From the NCBI GenBank assembly GCA_963805855.1, contig CAWDVW010000005.1, forward strand, positions 192,001 to 256,000: 64,000 nucleotides of DNA, read 5' to 3'. Positions within the stretch are counted from its first letter, which is position 1. Each line of letters starts with the position of its first letter. The stretch is from Candidatus Dadabacteria bacterium. Its GTDB lineage: Bacteria; Desulfobacterota_D; UBA1144; Nemesobacterales; CSP1-2. Shown here piece by piece: positions 9,784-19,525 of this stretch. Under the pieces are notes generated by a model. The model made no database searches. It saw only the letters and a list, made by a program, of their open reading frames with translations, and was not told the origin of the DNA. The position numbers and the translations under genes are program-made.

Positions 9784-11340
9784 ATGTTGCTGGACCTGTC
9801 CATAATTCTCCTATACTTTGTCGTTATAATGGTGATAGGGGTCAGGGGACGTTTAAAAAAAGATGTAAGTGTCGAAGAGTATTTTTTAAGCTCTCGATCC
9901 CTTAAGTGGCCGTATATAGCTGTCTCCACAATCGCAACAAATATTCAGGCAAACCACTTTATCGCTATGGCTGGCTCTGCCTATATATTCGGCCTAGCAC
10001 AAGCAAACCTCGAGATTAACGCAATTTTCGGGATTTTAGTTGCCACTTTTATTTTTGTTCCCCTCTACCTACGGATGAGGGTTTTTACAATAACTCAATT
10101 TTTTGAGTTCAAACTGGGTCCAAATATTGCACTTGCCTACTCAATCCTAATGATCATATTATCCTCCTTCTTCTATCTCGGGACCGCCTTGTTCTGGGCC
10201 GCTTATGCAATTGATGGAATCTTCGGCGAACTATTTCATTTTTTAAATACCAACACAGCAATCCGCCTGTGCATTCTAATAGGGCTGACGGGGGTTTTTT
10301 CGTCGATCTATACCTATCTCGGCGGACTGAGAGCCGTCGTTCGCACGGATGTCGTACAATTTTCCCTACTCCTGATAGCCGGTTTAGTCACCCTTCTGGT
10401 GGCAATTCATCACCTTGGTGGATGGTCAAAACTCTGGACTACCACAGGGGATCTAATGCATCTCCATCTTCCAAGTAACCACCGTACACTCCCCTGGGTC
10501 GCTATAATAGGTATGTTGCTCCTTGACCTGAACTATTGGGGTGCGAATCAGGTCATCCTTCAGAGAGCACTCGCAGCCAAAGACCTCAGACACGCACAGA
10601 TTGGATTACTGGTAGGTGGCACGCTCAAATACCTGATGGCACTCATAATCATAATACCCGCTATAGCCCTTGCCGGGATCCTGAGAGATCACCCGCTAAA
10701 AGACCCAGACTTTACATTTCTTACCCTTGTTAACAACTTTCTCCCTAACGGAGTTCGGGGGCTTATTTTGACAGGATTGTTCGCGTCCATCATGAGCACA
10801 TTGGACTCTATTTATAACTCCGTTTCCACACTCTGGTCAATCGATATTTACAAACGACACTTAAGGCCAAAGGCCAAAGAATCCGAAATTGTCAGATCCG
10901 GAAGGCTATCGATCATTGCCGCTTTGATCACCGGAACCCTGTTTGGTTTTGTCGTCGTTTATGTTAAGCTCGGGAATCCAACCTTTCCATTGACCCACTG
11001 GTTCAATGAGCTCTCCTATTATGTTAAGAATAGCTTCGTTCTTATCATATGCGCGGCTGTTTTCCTGGTTAGTCCCTCGCGCCGTCTCGTTCTTCTCGCT
11101 ATGCTATTCAGTGTCTTTCTGAACATCTCTTTCAAAGCTGCATTTCCAGAGATGAATTACTTCGTGAGGTCGGCCTGGGTTATTGTGATAAGCTTTGCGA
11201 TGGTCGCTTTACCAACAACGTTCAGGAATGGATGGAATTTACAAAAGGATAGTCTTTTTGTTATCTCAAGTAACTTCGTTGCGAAATTTGGCGTTCTATT
11301 AGCAGTATCACCTGTAGTCGTCCACATTATATTCCACTGA
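9784..11340 (+). CDS. Sodium:solute symporter (SSS/SLC5)
   Basis: EYFLSSRSL, YTYLGGLRAVVRTDVVQ, YWGANQVILQRALAA, ASIMSTLDS, SIDIYKR. Confidence 0.93.
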   Translation: MLLDLSIILLYFVVIMVIGVRGRLKKDVSVEEYFLSSRSLKWPYIAVSTIATNIQANHFIAMAGSAYIFGLAQANLEINAIFGILVATFIFVPLYLRMRVFTITQFFEFKLGPNIALAYSILMIILSSFFYLGTALFWAAYAIDGIFGELFHFLNTNTAIRLCILIGLTGVFSSIYTYLGGLRAVVRTDVVQFSLLLIAGLVTLLVAIHHLGGWSKLWTTTGDLMHLHLPSNHRTLPWVAIIGMLLLDLNYWGANQVILQRALAAKDLRHAQIGLLVGGTLKYLMALIIIIPAIALAGILRDHPLKDPDFTFLTLVNNFLPNGVRGLILTGLFASIMSTLDSIYNSVSTLWSIDIYKRHLRPKAKESEIVRSGRLSIIAALITGTLFGFVVVYVKLGNPTFPLTHWFNELSYYVKNSFVLIICAAVFLVSPSRRLVLLAMLFSVFLNISFKAAFPEMNYFVRSAWVIVISFAMVALPTTFRNGWNLQKDSLFVISSNFVAKFGVLLAVSPVVVHIIFH

Positions 11341-11364
11341 CAACAAAGGCGAACCCTTCATTGA

Positions 11365-12444
11365 TTATGGCAAGACCGATGAGGCATCTATTTCGACTGC
11401 AGATGAAAAAACTCGCCTGCATATTGCCTTTGCCAGCTCCATGGTTCGGCCTTCGCTTCCAATAAAGGCAACATGGAAATGAACCGGGATGCATAGAAGC
11501 TGAAGGGCTGCTAATCGGAAGTCGCGAACAGCCTCTTCCCAGGAATAGTCCCTAACTCCCTCTCTTATAAGAGCGTCATACCAATGGCGAAGCACCCCCA
11601 ATTGATGACCGCTGCGCTCGGAGGGTAACTCGCTTCCACCGATAATCCGGGCTACATCAAAGGCGCCTATGCTACGAATTGCAAGCTGCCAATCCAAGAT
11701 CAGTACAGCCTCATCAGAATTTGGGTCACCAAATAATAAGTTGTCCTCTCTCAGATCGGTATGCACTATGGTTTTCGGCCGTTTCTCTATCTCGTTCTCA
11801 AGCCAGGATATTGAATTTCCTAATCTCTCACCAACTTCGAGCCCCTCTTTATCAACATAAGAGCCAAAGTGACTGACGAATGATACCCATTTCTCCTGAT
11901 AGTCTTTACCAACAGCGTTTGTGGTAGGCATCCATTTGAGCTGCTCCAGTGCAAAGTTATTCCAGTATTTAGCCTGAAGTTTCGCTAATATCTCGACAGT
12001 TGCCATGACCTGTCCCCTATGCATACCAATCACCTGATCACCTGGTGTGTAAGCACTCAGATCCTCCATAACCATGGAATAAGCAGGAGGTTCGTCAATG
12101 GAGAAATAAAGAATCGGAAGCCGAATCGGAACGTAGCCAGCTACTTCTTTATAGAAGCGGATTTCTCGCTGAAATGCATTCAGTTCATCACCAAATCTAT
12201 GCAATGTATCTGATTCGGGCTCGATCTTAACTACAACCGATTTCGGCGCGTCTTTTTCCCCTCTATCATAATCGAGACTCGCCCGGACGACGCTGCTTAA
12301 GAAGCCCCTGCCTCCTCCTAATATTTCCCTTTTCACAGTCTTAACGGTTGACTTCTTTAAGACTCCACCCGCCCTGAGGGCAAAAGTGATCCAGTCAGCC
12401 GTAATTTCCTCGGGATGAAGCGGATTTTTAATTCTCATAATCAA
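11365..12444 (-). CDS. APH/ecdysteroid-kinase-like phosphotransferase
   Basis: PKSVVVK, REIRFY, MEDL, HTDLREDNLLF, ILDWQ. Confidence 0.88.
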   Translation of the reverse strand: MIMRIKNPLHPEEITADWITFALRAGGVLKKSTVKTVKREILGGGRGFLSSVVRASLDYDRGEKDAPKSVVVKIEPESDTLHRFGDELNAFQREIRFYKEVAGYVPIRLPILYFSIDEPPAYSMVMEDLSAYTPGDQVIGMHRGQVMATVEILAKLQAKYWNNFALEQLKWMPTTNAVGKDYQEKWVSFVSHFGSYVDKEGLEVGERLGNSISWLENEIEKRPKTIVHTDLREDNLLFGDPNSDEAVLILDWQLAIRSIGAFDVARIIGGSELPSERSGHQLGVLRHWYDALIREGVRDYSWEEAVRDFRLAALQLLCIPVHFHVAFIGSEGRTMELAKAICRRVFSSAVEIDASSVLP

Positions 12445-12482
12445 ATTTTCTTAAGTCTATTCAAACAGAGCAAAAGAATAAA

Positions 12483-12734
12483 TCATTGTGCATACGCTAT
12501 GCCTTTCTCCACTTGTGTAATAGCCTGGTTGACAAGGTCAATGGCTTTGGCACGGTGACCCCCTTTGTTTGCAGAAGCTATCTGGAGTTCGTTCCTCGCG
12601 TTTCTTAAAGCATTAAGAGCGGCTCTCATATGTGGTTGGTCGGCAGATACCCTGCCGCTGACAAAAAACAGGGAACACACAACGATAATCAAAAATATCT
12701 TTAGAATTATGCGTGAAGACATTCTTCCAGTCAT
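12483..12734 (-). CDS. Small secreted helical protein
   Basis: Signal peptide then DQPHMRAALNALRNA..NKGGHRAKAIDLV..AI..V.KGI, a recognisable conserved small-protein pattern. Confidence 0.8.
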   Translation of the reverse strand: MTGRMSSRIILKIFLIIVVCSLFFVSGRVSADQPHMRAALNALRNARNELQIASANKGGHRAKAIDLVNQAITQVEKGIAYAQ

Positions 12735-12911
12735 TCTAAGTCCTCCTTAAAAAAATGATAATGAATGCAGGTTGAATAAATATTACACCAACATTATAGA
12801 TGAAGCTACAACCATGAGATATAGATAATTATTGTAAACTCAAAAAGTAGCACAATACCCATCAACTGGTATAAAATCTAAAGTTGTTGATTCGAAAAAT
12901 CAGGAAAAGCG

Positions 12912-13598
12912 ATGATTGTCACAACTCACCAGCCAATCTTTTTACCATGGCCGGGATTTTTCTTTAAGGCGATGAGGGCCGACTGTATGGTTTTACTCGA
13001 TGATGTGCAGTTCCCTCGTGGGCGTGGATGGGTCAACCGCAACCGTCTTAAAAATAAACACGGTGAGATGTGGTTGACAGTACCCGTGTGGAAAAAGGGA
13101 CGGGGGCTTCAGATCATTCGAAATGTCGAAATATCCAATGAGTCAGACTGGCAAAGAAATCACCTTATAAGTATTCGGCAACATTACGCGAATGCTCCAT
13201 ATTTCGATGAATACCTTCCAACATTGGAATCCATTTATCGAGAGAACGATCACTTACTTGTCGAATTAAATTTGCAAATGATCAAATTCAATTGGGAGAA
13301 GCTTTCACTGAAAACCGAATTATATCTGCAGTCTGATCTGGGCGTGGATGGAAATGGTACTGACTTAATCATAAATATTTGTAAACATCTAGGTTCAGAC
13401 TCTTATCTAACTTTTCCCATGGTCGAAAAACATCTTGACGTTCCACTGATGAACAAATCAGGAATACAAATCAAATTCGCTAGCTTTAACCCACCAGTCT
13501 ATCCTCAGCTCTGGGGAGATTTTATTTATAATCTCTCAACGCTTGATATGTTGCTTAACTGCGGGGAGAAAAGTATTGAGATTATTTCTGAGGCATAA
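12912..13598 (+). CDS. WbqC family protein
   Basis: HQPIFLPWPGFF, LDDVQF, NRNR, WLTVPV, YPQLWG.FI.NLS.LDMLLNCG. Confidence 0.93.
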   Translation: MIVTTHQPIFLPWPGFFFKAMRADCMVLLDDVQFPRGRGWVNRNRLKNKHGEMWLTVPVWKKGRGLQIIRNVEISNESDWQRNHLISIRQHYANAPYFDEYLPTLESIYRENDHLLVELNLQMIKFNWEKLSLKTELYLQSDLGVDGNGTDLIINICKHLGSDSYLTFPMVEKHLDVPLMNKSGIQIKFASFNPPVYPQLWGDFIYNLSTLDMLLNCGEKSIEIISEA

Positions 13599-13700
13599 AG
13601 CAATGAAGTGGCTCCCTGGAAGCCTATCCAAGGTCGTAAAGCTATTTAAGGCTCGAGAAAGGACTTCATATCCACTTACTGCGCCGGGTTATTGGCTATT

Positions 13701-14342
13701 CTATGATTTAAATTCCAGTTCAGCGGCTTTTTCTGCAAGTTTAATGATTTCTTTTGAAGCCTTCTGAATGGACCCTGAATCAAACGGGGGTCGGGGATCA
13801 TATTCAATCAGGAGTTGAATCATCTCGGCAACATCCTTGCCGGCAATTTGTGATACTAGATGCAAAGCCATATCAATACCGGCTGACACTCCTGCCGCCG
13901 TAATCACTTTTCCTTGCTGGACAATCCTTTTATTTGAATATTCAGCTCCAAACTGCGTAAGGTGCTCCCTAGCAAACCAGTGAGTTGTTGCTAGTAACCC
14001 CTTCAATATCCCGGCAGCGCCAAGGATCAACGCCCCGGTACATACCGATATGGTCCACTTTGAAGATTCGTGAGCTGCTCTTATCCAATTCAGGATTTCT
14101 TCATCAGCCGATGCAATCAATGTCGCTTTTGTTCCTCCAGGTACGATGATTATTTCCGGTTGTTGCACATCGGAGAGCTTGTAATCAGCGACGAGCGACA
14201 AAGCTCTTGTGTGCGTTCTGACCGGTCCTATTTCCTTGGCAACAAAATGAATCTCTGCCTTTGGAAGGCAGCTCAGGACCTCATACGGCCCGACTGCATC
14301 AAGTGCGGTTATTCCATCATAAATAAGGATTGCAATGTCCAT
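13701..14342 (-). CDS. DJ-1/PfpI family protein
   Basis: LDAVGPYEVL, VPGG, SVCTGA, ATTHW, TAAGVSAGIDMAL, IEYDP.PPFDSG. Confidence 0.93.
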   Translation of the reverse strand: MDIAILIYDGITALDAVGPYEVLSCLPKAEIHFVAKEIGPVRTHTRALSLVADYKLSDVQQPEIIIVPGGTKATLIASADEEILNWIRAAHESSKWTISVCTGALILGAAGILKGLLATTHWFAREHLTQFGAEYSNKRIVQQGKVITAAGVSAGIDMALHLVSQIAGKDVAEMIQLLIEYDPRPPFDSGSIQKASKEIIKLAEKAAELEFKS

Positions 14343-14452
14343 AATTTCTTCCTTTAAGTTTTTATAACATTTCCCTTAAGATGGATTTATGTCAAATTCC
14401 CCGGACAATTTCCATTATGATATTATCCCATCTTATTCTTAACAAAAATATT

Positions 14453-14488
14453 GGAGTCGCATCGCAACTTTGATTGCTTTGCGACTCC
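14453..14488 (-). terminator. Probable terminator hairpin after the OsmC-like gene
   Basis: GGAGTCGCA..TGCGACTCC stem 17 bp past the stop; imperfect T tract. Confidence 0.5.
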
Positions 14489-14505
14489 GCATTTTATGAG
14501 CGATT

Positions 14506-15066
14506 TTATTCAACGACCAGGTTGGAATTAAGCTTGATCTGGTTCGCGATATTGAATCGATTTGGTGAAGTAGCAGTAACTATCTCATGCACTTTCTGAA
14601 ACTGTTCGGGTGTACCTTTTCCCTTGATAAAGACGGTGTACTTAAGCTCATCATATCCAGGACTTACATTGGGATCTATTCCTAGAAAACCTCGAAGGTC
14701 TATGTCACCTTCGGTCTCGATCCTGACATCCTCGAGCTCTATACCCTGCAGAGCGCAGGCAGCAACGTAACCAACCATCATGCAAGCATTGAGGGCGGAC
14801 AATAGATACTCCTGTGGGTTTGCAAATTTGTTTGTACCGCCGAGCTCATTTGGTTCATCGATGTTTACGGTGAACTCCCTCTCGACAAACTGTCCGCCAA
14901 CCTCAAAACCCTTTACATGAGAATCAGAACGCGTTCCACCCTTCCACTGTGTAGATACGTTCCAATGAGTCATACCCTTGGCCGGATCCTCGGATATTTG
15001 ATTAACAACCTCCCAGATGTACTCAACATCTATACCGTTTACCTTCTTTCCTTCTAACTTATACAT
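14506..15066 (-). CDS. OsmC-like protein
   Basis: VNGID, DEP.ELGGTN..ANPQEYLLSALNAC, GDIDLRGFLG, TSP. Confidence 0.9.
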   Translation of the reverse strand: MYKLEGKKVNGIDVEYIWEVVNQISEDPAKGMTHWNVSTQWKGGTRSDSHVKGFEVGGQFVEREFTVNIDEPNELGGTNKFANPQEYLLSALNACMMVGYVAACALQGIELEDVRIETEGDIDLRGFLGIDPNVSPGYDELKYTVFIKGKGTPEQFQKVHEIVTATSPNRFNIANQIKLNSNLVVE

Positions 15067-15129
15067 TTTGTTTTACCTCCGTGTTATTGTTTTCCGTCCA
15101 GTCTATTTTTGAACGGTTGCCATTAAAAA

Positions 15130-15145
15130 TGCAAGGCGCGTGCCA
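15130..15145 (-). promoter_or_regulatory. Sigma-54 (-24/-12) promoter
   Basis: Minus strand TGGCACGCGCCTTGCA, a full consensus match, 63 bp before the OsmC-like start (GGAGG RBS). Confidence 0.88.
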
Positions 15146-15213
15146 ACTTTGCAATAATGACGTAACCTACTGAATTCATGTATTAATCTTATGGAGTTTG
15201 AGTCATAGTGCTC

Positions 15214-15279
15214 TCACGAGATGTCGCAAATTACGAGATATCGTAAATCGATTTCACTATATTTCGTGATTTTTCGGGA
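15214..15279. promoter_or_regulatory. Array of candidate enhancer palindromes
   Basis: TCACGA GATG TCGCAA (15214), TTACGA GATA TCGTAA (15231), TCACTA TATT TCGTGA (15254), weaker TCGTGA TTTT TCGGGA (15264). Confidence 0.6.
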
Positions 15280-15358
15280 AGGTTATAAAAAGATCTAAGT
15301 GGGACAATTGAGCATAGATCTTAATGATCCGGATACACGTAATCGGGTTTGACAACGG

Positions 15359-15814
15359 TCACTCTTTTAAATCGTTATAGGTGCTGTAAACATATGTCGA
15401 TCCATCTTTTTTAATTGCAATGACGTCATATCTTTCTTTAGTGTCCCCTTGCTCCATACCGGGAGAGCCAATAGGCATCCCTGGTACCGCTAGTCCTTTT
15501 ATGTCGGGACGCTCTTCTAATAGGCGTTTTATGTCTTCAGCAGGCACGTGGCCCTCTAAGACATAACCGTCCACGACTGCCGTATGACATGATGCCAATT
15601 CCGACGTAATACCAACCGCCTCTTTCATCGCGGGTAACATCGAGTTGTTTTCAGTTTTCACGGTAAAACCCTGATCTTTTAGATATGAGATCCACTTGTT
15701 ACAGCAACCACAGTGAGGATTCTTATATACGTATATCTCTGATGCCATAGCTTGTGAGTTTATAAATAGAGAAATTACTACAAGGCATATTATCAAGCAA
15801 AAAGTTTTTCCCAT
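15359..15814 (-). CDS. DUF411 periplasmic metal-binding protein
   Basis: Signal peptide, YKNPHCGCC, SCHTA, EGHVPA, GLAVPGMPIGSPGME. Confidence 0.93.
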   Translation of the reverse strand: MGKTFCLIICLVVISLFINSQAMASEIYVYKNPHCGCCNKWISYLKDQGFTVKTENNSMLPAMKEAVGITSELASCHTAVVDGYVLEGHVPAEDIKRLLEERPDIKGLAVPGMPIGSPGMEQGDTKERYDVIAIKKDGSTYVYSTYNDLKE

Positions 15815-15945
15815 CTTATACTCCCATGAAAAATGTCGAAAAAATTGTTTAGACTAGATTGATAAATATACATTAAAAGTTTTGGATAGTCTTCTCATAG
15901 TTGGATCAAGAAAAATCTGACAGCCTTAATTATTAGGGAAAAGTC

Positions 15946-16401
15946 TTAGTTATTTGGACTGCACTTTCCGTCATAATATTCCCAAGCATCACACTTTACA
16001 CCATTTTTGAAGGAGCATGTCCCCTGTTCATTTTCCTTGTTACTGTTGGCCGTGATGACATACTGACCACCGGTTATAGCGCAATATTGAGCAGCAGGAG
16101 TAACATACCCAGTTACCTTTATTCCACCAACAGGGCAATTACTTCGAAACATTGCCCATTCTTCACATTGTCTATTGTCTTCAAATAGGCAAATACCGTA
16201 TTCTCCACCGTCTCCGCGTTTTTCAATGACGACCTTCCCTCCCTTTTTTATGCAATTGGCAGAAGCGGGATTCGGCAAATATGAAGGATGCTTTTCATCT
16301 GTAACTGACTGCGAATTACCATCGGTATCAGTCTCTGAGCAAGCTCCTGAAATCATAACGACCAACAAAACACTTATGATAAAGTTTCTCGTGAATAACA
16401 T
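15946..16401 (-). CDS. DUF333 lipoprotein (two Cys-rich repeats)
   Basis: Lipobox SGAC; NPASANC..KGG..GIC..CEEW and a second PAAQYC..GG..GTC..CDAW repeat. Confidence 0.85.
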   Translation of the reverse strand: MLFTRNFIISVLLVVMISGACSETDTDGNSQSVTDEKHPSYLPNPASANCIKKGGKVVIEKRGDGGEYGICLFEDNRQCEEWAMFRSNCPVGGIKVTGYVTPAAQYCAITGGQYVITANSNKENEQGTCSFKNGVKCDAWEYYDGKCSPNN

Positions 16402-16443
16402 AACTCGGCCTCCCTTTAGGGGCGAAAAAAGTGTTGAGTATGT

Positions 16444-17409
16444 TTATAGCGACAACTTGCTTCCCACGGCGAGCGGGTCGATCACCCTTTCTCCAAAGGC
16501 ATTAATAAGAGAGTGTATGGCTCGCCATCCGGTGCAATGCCCTGGAATGATCACCTTCAATCCAAATTTTTTGAGTTCGTCTATCGTCTCTCCAATCAGA
16601 TCTTCATTCGGATGAACCAGGTGAAGACCGCCAACGAGCGCATAGAGCGGAATATCGGGAAAAAGCTCTCTGGCATGATTGCATATGTTGATTACTCCTG
16701 CATGGGAACAGCCCGTAAATATGGCTAGCCCTTTCCCGTTTACATTGGCGATCATAAATCGTTCGTCCATACATAGGGGATCGGGTTCCCACTCACCGGC
16801 CTCGTTCAATCGGACCTGGTTCACTAATCCCCTTTCAAAGCTTCGGCGAGGTATTTCGCCAGTCAGAAAAAAACTTCCCCCGATAATCTCTTCAGGATTA
16901 TCCGACTCGATAAGATCCATCCCTGCGCTCTGAAGCGCCTGGCGGGATGGCACATCCTGAAGCGGAAGAAGCGTCCCATCCGAAAGGCGTAGCGCTCTCT
17001 TCACGAAGGCGCCAGGATGGACATGAAGCGGTATGCGTCTTTTCTTATTCCCAGAACGAATCATCTTGGCAGCGGTCAGTAGCCCCTCTGAATGGTCAAA
17101 ATGACCATGCGATAGTACGATGGCATCGACCCTTTCGAAGTCGAGCTTCAAGTGACCACCATTTCGTATCAATGCATATGGATCCGGACCGGCATCAAAT
17201 AGTACGGTTCGTTCCTCCGTTGCAAAATGCGCAGTCACAGCGAGACACAGGCCATGGTGGGCGGAGCATAGCGCCTCGCCAGCCAGCTCTTTCATGCCCG
17301 CCGCCATTAGGACTCGGAGCTCGGATGTTACGTGGCCGGGCCTGCTCGAGAGCATGTCCGTCGTATTATCGACTACAACTTGGACCGTAAGTTTGTCTAC
17401 CTGTATCAT
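16444..17409 (-). CDS. MBL-fold metallo-hydrolase
   Basis: LSHGHFDH, TGCSHAG, GGLH, PGHCTG. Confidence 0.9.
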   Translation of the reverse strand: MIQVDKLTVQVVVDNTTDMLSSRPGHVTSELRVLMAAGMKELAGEALCSAHHGLCLAVTAHFATEERTVLFDAGPDPYALIRNGGHLKLDFERVDAIVLSHGHFDHSEGLLTAAKMIRSGNKKRRIPLHVHPGAFVKRALRLSDGTLLPLQDVPSRQALQSAGMDLIESDNPEEIIGGSFFLTGEIPRRSFERGLVNQVRLNEAGEWEPDPLCMDERFMIANVNGKGLAIFTGCSHAGVINICNHARELFPDIPLYALVGGLHLVHPNEDLIGETIDELKKFGLKVIIPGHCTGWRAIHSLINAFGERVIDPLAVGSKLSL

Positions 17410-17562
17410 ATTATCCCGAATTCAACGGATGGAGGAACCCTCCCTAGATGTCGAATCACGTAATTGATATTATATCATGTAAAACCACTCAGACGATGCG
17501 AGGCTCGGATTCAGTCGAATTCCCAATCCCATCGAATTTAGGGGCGATCATCCTCTAACATC

Positions 17563-18030
17563 TTAATCTCCTTTTAAGGCCTTCCAGGTTCTATATTCCT
17601 CATAATCTGGCAGAAGACGGTCGTACTCTCCATTCATCAGTGGAGAAGAGATCATGAAATCGGCTGATGCCCTATTGCATGCAATCGGGATGTTCCAGAC
17701 CACCGCCATGCGCAAAAGGGCTTTCACATCCGGGTCGTGAGGCATTGGTTCTAGCGGATCCCAGAAAAAGATGAGAAAGTCGATATCTCCATCGACAATT
17801 TTAGCGCCAATCTGCTGGTCACCTCCCAGGGGGCCACTCTGAAGTCTTAAAATTTCGAAGCCAAGCTCCTGCTCTAGCACCTTGCCAGTTGTGCCAGTAG
17901 CATAGACCTTGTGATTTGCCAGAAGATCACGATTATATTTGGCCCATTCCAGCAGATCAAGCTTTTTATTATCGTGCGCCACGAGTGCAATCTTCTTATT
18001 GTTTTCCATCACTATTCTTTTGTGTGTCAT
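17563..18030 (-). CDS. mgsA: Methylglyoxal synthase
   Basis: IALVAHD.KK, ATGTTG, SGPLGGDQQIGA, PHDPDVKALLR. Confidence 0.97.
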   Translation of the reverse strand: MTHKRIVMENNKKIALVAHDNKKLDLLEWAKYNRDLLANHKVYATGTTGKVLEQELGFEILRLQSGPLGGDQQIGAKIVDGDIDFLIFFWDPLEPMPHDPDVKALLRMAVVWNIPIACNRASADFMISSPLMNGEYDRLLPDYEEYRTWKALKGD

Positions 18031-18207
18031 AAAATTTTTCTCTTCATCGAAATTGAAATAGCGTCACCCATTAGCCAGCCCCTGTCAATAGGTAAGAGAA
18101 TCTAAAGCAGTAACCATTTGTGGCTAACTTACAAATTAAAGTTCTCATAAATGCAGAAAGATGCAAAGTTCAGGACCCAAGAATCATCAGGATTTCTTTG
18201 TGTAGCT

Positions 18208-18268
18208 GCCCAACTACGCGCTTCAGGCAGCGGGGTTGGACGCGTCGTTCTGCAAGCGGTCATTAGAC
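18208..18268 (-). mobile_element. Integron attC-like site (61 bp)
   Basis: Minus strand GTCTAAT..CGCTTGCAG..CTGAAGCG..GTTGGGC: R'' one mismatch from RYYYAAC, L''/L' pairing with one extrahelical base, R' GTTRRRY. Confidence 0.75.
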
Positions 18269-18660
18269 CTCGTCAGCACCAAAACACCCGAGACAAATAC
18301 AATAGACAATGGCACGAAAAACATTTGCTCCCCCACTAACCCAATCAAAAATGCCACCGGCGAACCATAACCATCAGTCCTTTCCATTCCCCCATTCTCC
18401 ACCACAAACATTGCCCTTTGTGCTGTCTGGAGAAATAGCGGCCACCAAAATAAATTCACTAGAACAAAAGAAATACCAAAAGAGTAACTCTTCTCTTTAC
18501 GAAGTCTCCAATATGTACCCCACCACAAACATAGCATCCCACCCCAAATGAGAATGTGCGCGGCACTCAGATTTACCAACCCGACCACAACAAGAAAGAT
18601 GCATGGGAGGGAGATGAGAGTCACGGCGACTAGAAATGCTCTTTTGTATCTATCCATCAT
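18223..18660 (-). CDS. Hypothetical 4-TM membrane protein (gene cassette)
   Basis: Likely start MMDRYKRAF at 18660, 2 bp after the upstream attC; stop lies inside its own attC; the ORF-track start at 18717 is within attC. Confidence 0.7.
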   Translation of the reverse strand: MMDRYKRAFLVAVTLISLPCIFLVVVGLVNLSAAHILIWGGMLCLWWGTYWRLRKEKSYSFGISFVLVNLFWWPLFLQTAQRAMFVVENGGMERTDGYGSPVAFLIGLVGEQMFFVPLSIVFVSGVLVLTRSNDRLQNDASNPAA

Positions 18661-18662
18661 AC

Positions 18663-18761
18663 GTCTATCGGAGGTGCTTAGCCTGCACACTGAACTGCGC
18701 GCCATGTGCGCATGCACGGACAGTGAATCTAGGGACTTTCAGGTTCCGCCACTCGTTGAGC
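18663..18761 (-). mobile_element. Degenerate integron attC-like site (99 bp)
   Basis: Minus strand GCTCAAC..GCGGAACCTG..central GTGCATGCGCAC palindrome..CAGGCTAAGC..GATAGAC (R' GTT changed to GAT). Confidence 0.6.
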
Positions 18762-18767
18762 AGCATG

Positions 18768-19031
18768 CTAAATATGCTCATAATGACTAACGATCGCATC
18801 CACCGCCGACTTAGCCGCCTTAAGGTCGACCCCATGAATCTCGCGGTACAGCTTTATAGCTTCGATTTTTCTTCCAAGTCGAACCAGCCGCGCAACATCC
18901 TCCATTGTTCCGCGTTCAGCGGGTGGGTACTCGCCTGATTCCCGAAGTCGACGAATCCTCGCTTTATTAGTGCGATCAAGCAAGAACGCTAACAGGATTA
19001 TTACCAGAGCAACGATGCCAATCGTCTTCAC
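18768..19031 (-). CDS. Small membrane-anchored protein with L7/L12 C-terminal-like motif (gene cassette)
   Basis: N-terminal TM helix; GRKIEAIKLYREIHGVDLKAAK.AVD; stop 6 bp before attC. Confidence 0.75.
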   Translation of the reverse strand: MKTIGIVALVIILLAFLLDRTNKARIRRLRESGEYPPAERGTMEDVARLVRLGRKIEAIKLYREIHGVDLKAAKSAVDAIVSHYEHI

Positions 19032-19135
19032 GCGCCTTTCTTCTCTTCCCGACTAATTATGTGGACAAAAATTTGTATAAACACTCTCTATGTGATGTTA
19101 CTCGAAAAACCTAACCAGTCTTCGCTCTGTCTGAG

Positions 19136-19165
19136 ATTATACGCAATTACGTCTCTTCAGGTCAA
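19136..19165 (-). promoter_or_regulatory. Sigma-70 promoter facing the cassette pair
   Basis: Minus strand TTGACC-N18-TATAAT. Confidence 0.55.
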
Positions 19166-19479
19166 TATTTTACAAGAAAAATGCTGGTACAACGCCCAAT
19201 AAGACCCTTCCCGATCGCGTGAATAGCAGGTTGCAAAACAGCAGTTTCTAAATCGAAAAATATCATCAAAGTGAACAATATAAACGCCTCTCTACTCTTG
19301 ATAAAAAATACTACCCCTGTATTTATAAGATCCTGAAACTAGGTCCGAATGACAAGTGACTCTGGATTCCCGATTACTGCATTCGGGAGCAGCAGGTGGT
19401 CGACCAAATACAATAGGGAATAAATATAAAATTTAGCGGAGGACTTTAGTACTCCATTTTAAATACTTCGTTTAGCGAT

Positions 19480-19502
19480 GGCGACCTGAAGGTCGCCGCT
19501 AC
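19480..19502 (-). repeat. GTAG-type REP-like hairpin / possible terminator after mqnE
   Basis: Minus strand GTAGC GGCGACC TTCA GGTCGCC. Confidence 0.55.
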
Positions 19503-19525
19503 ATTGATGCTGTGGTAAGAATCTA

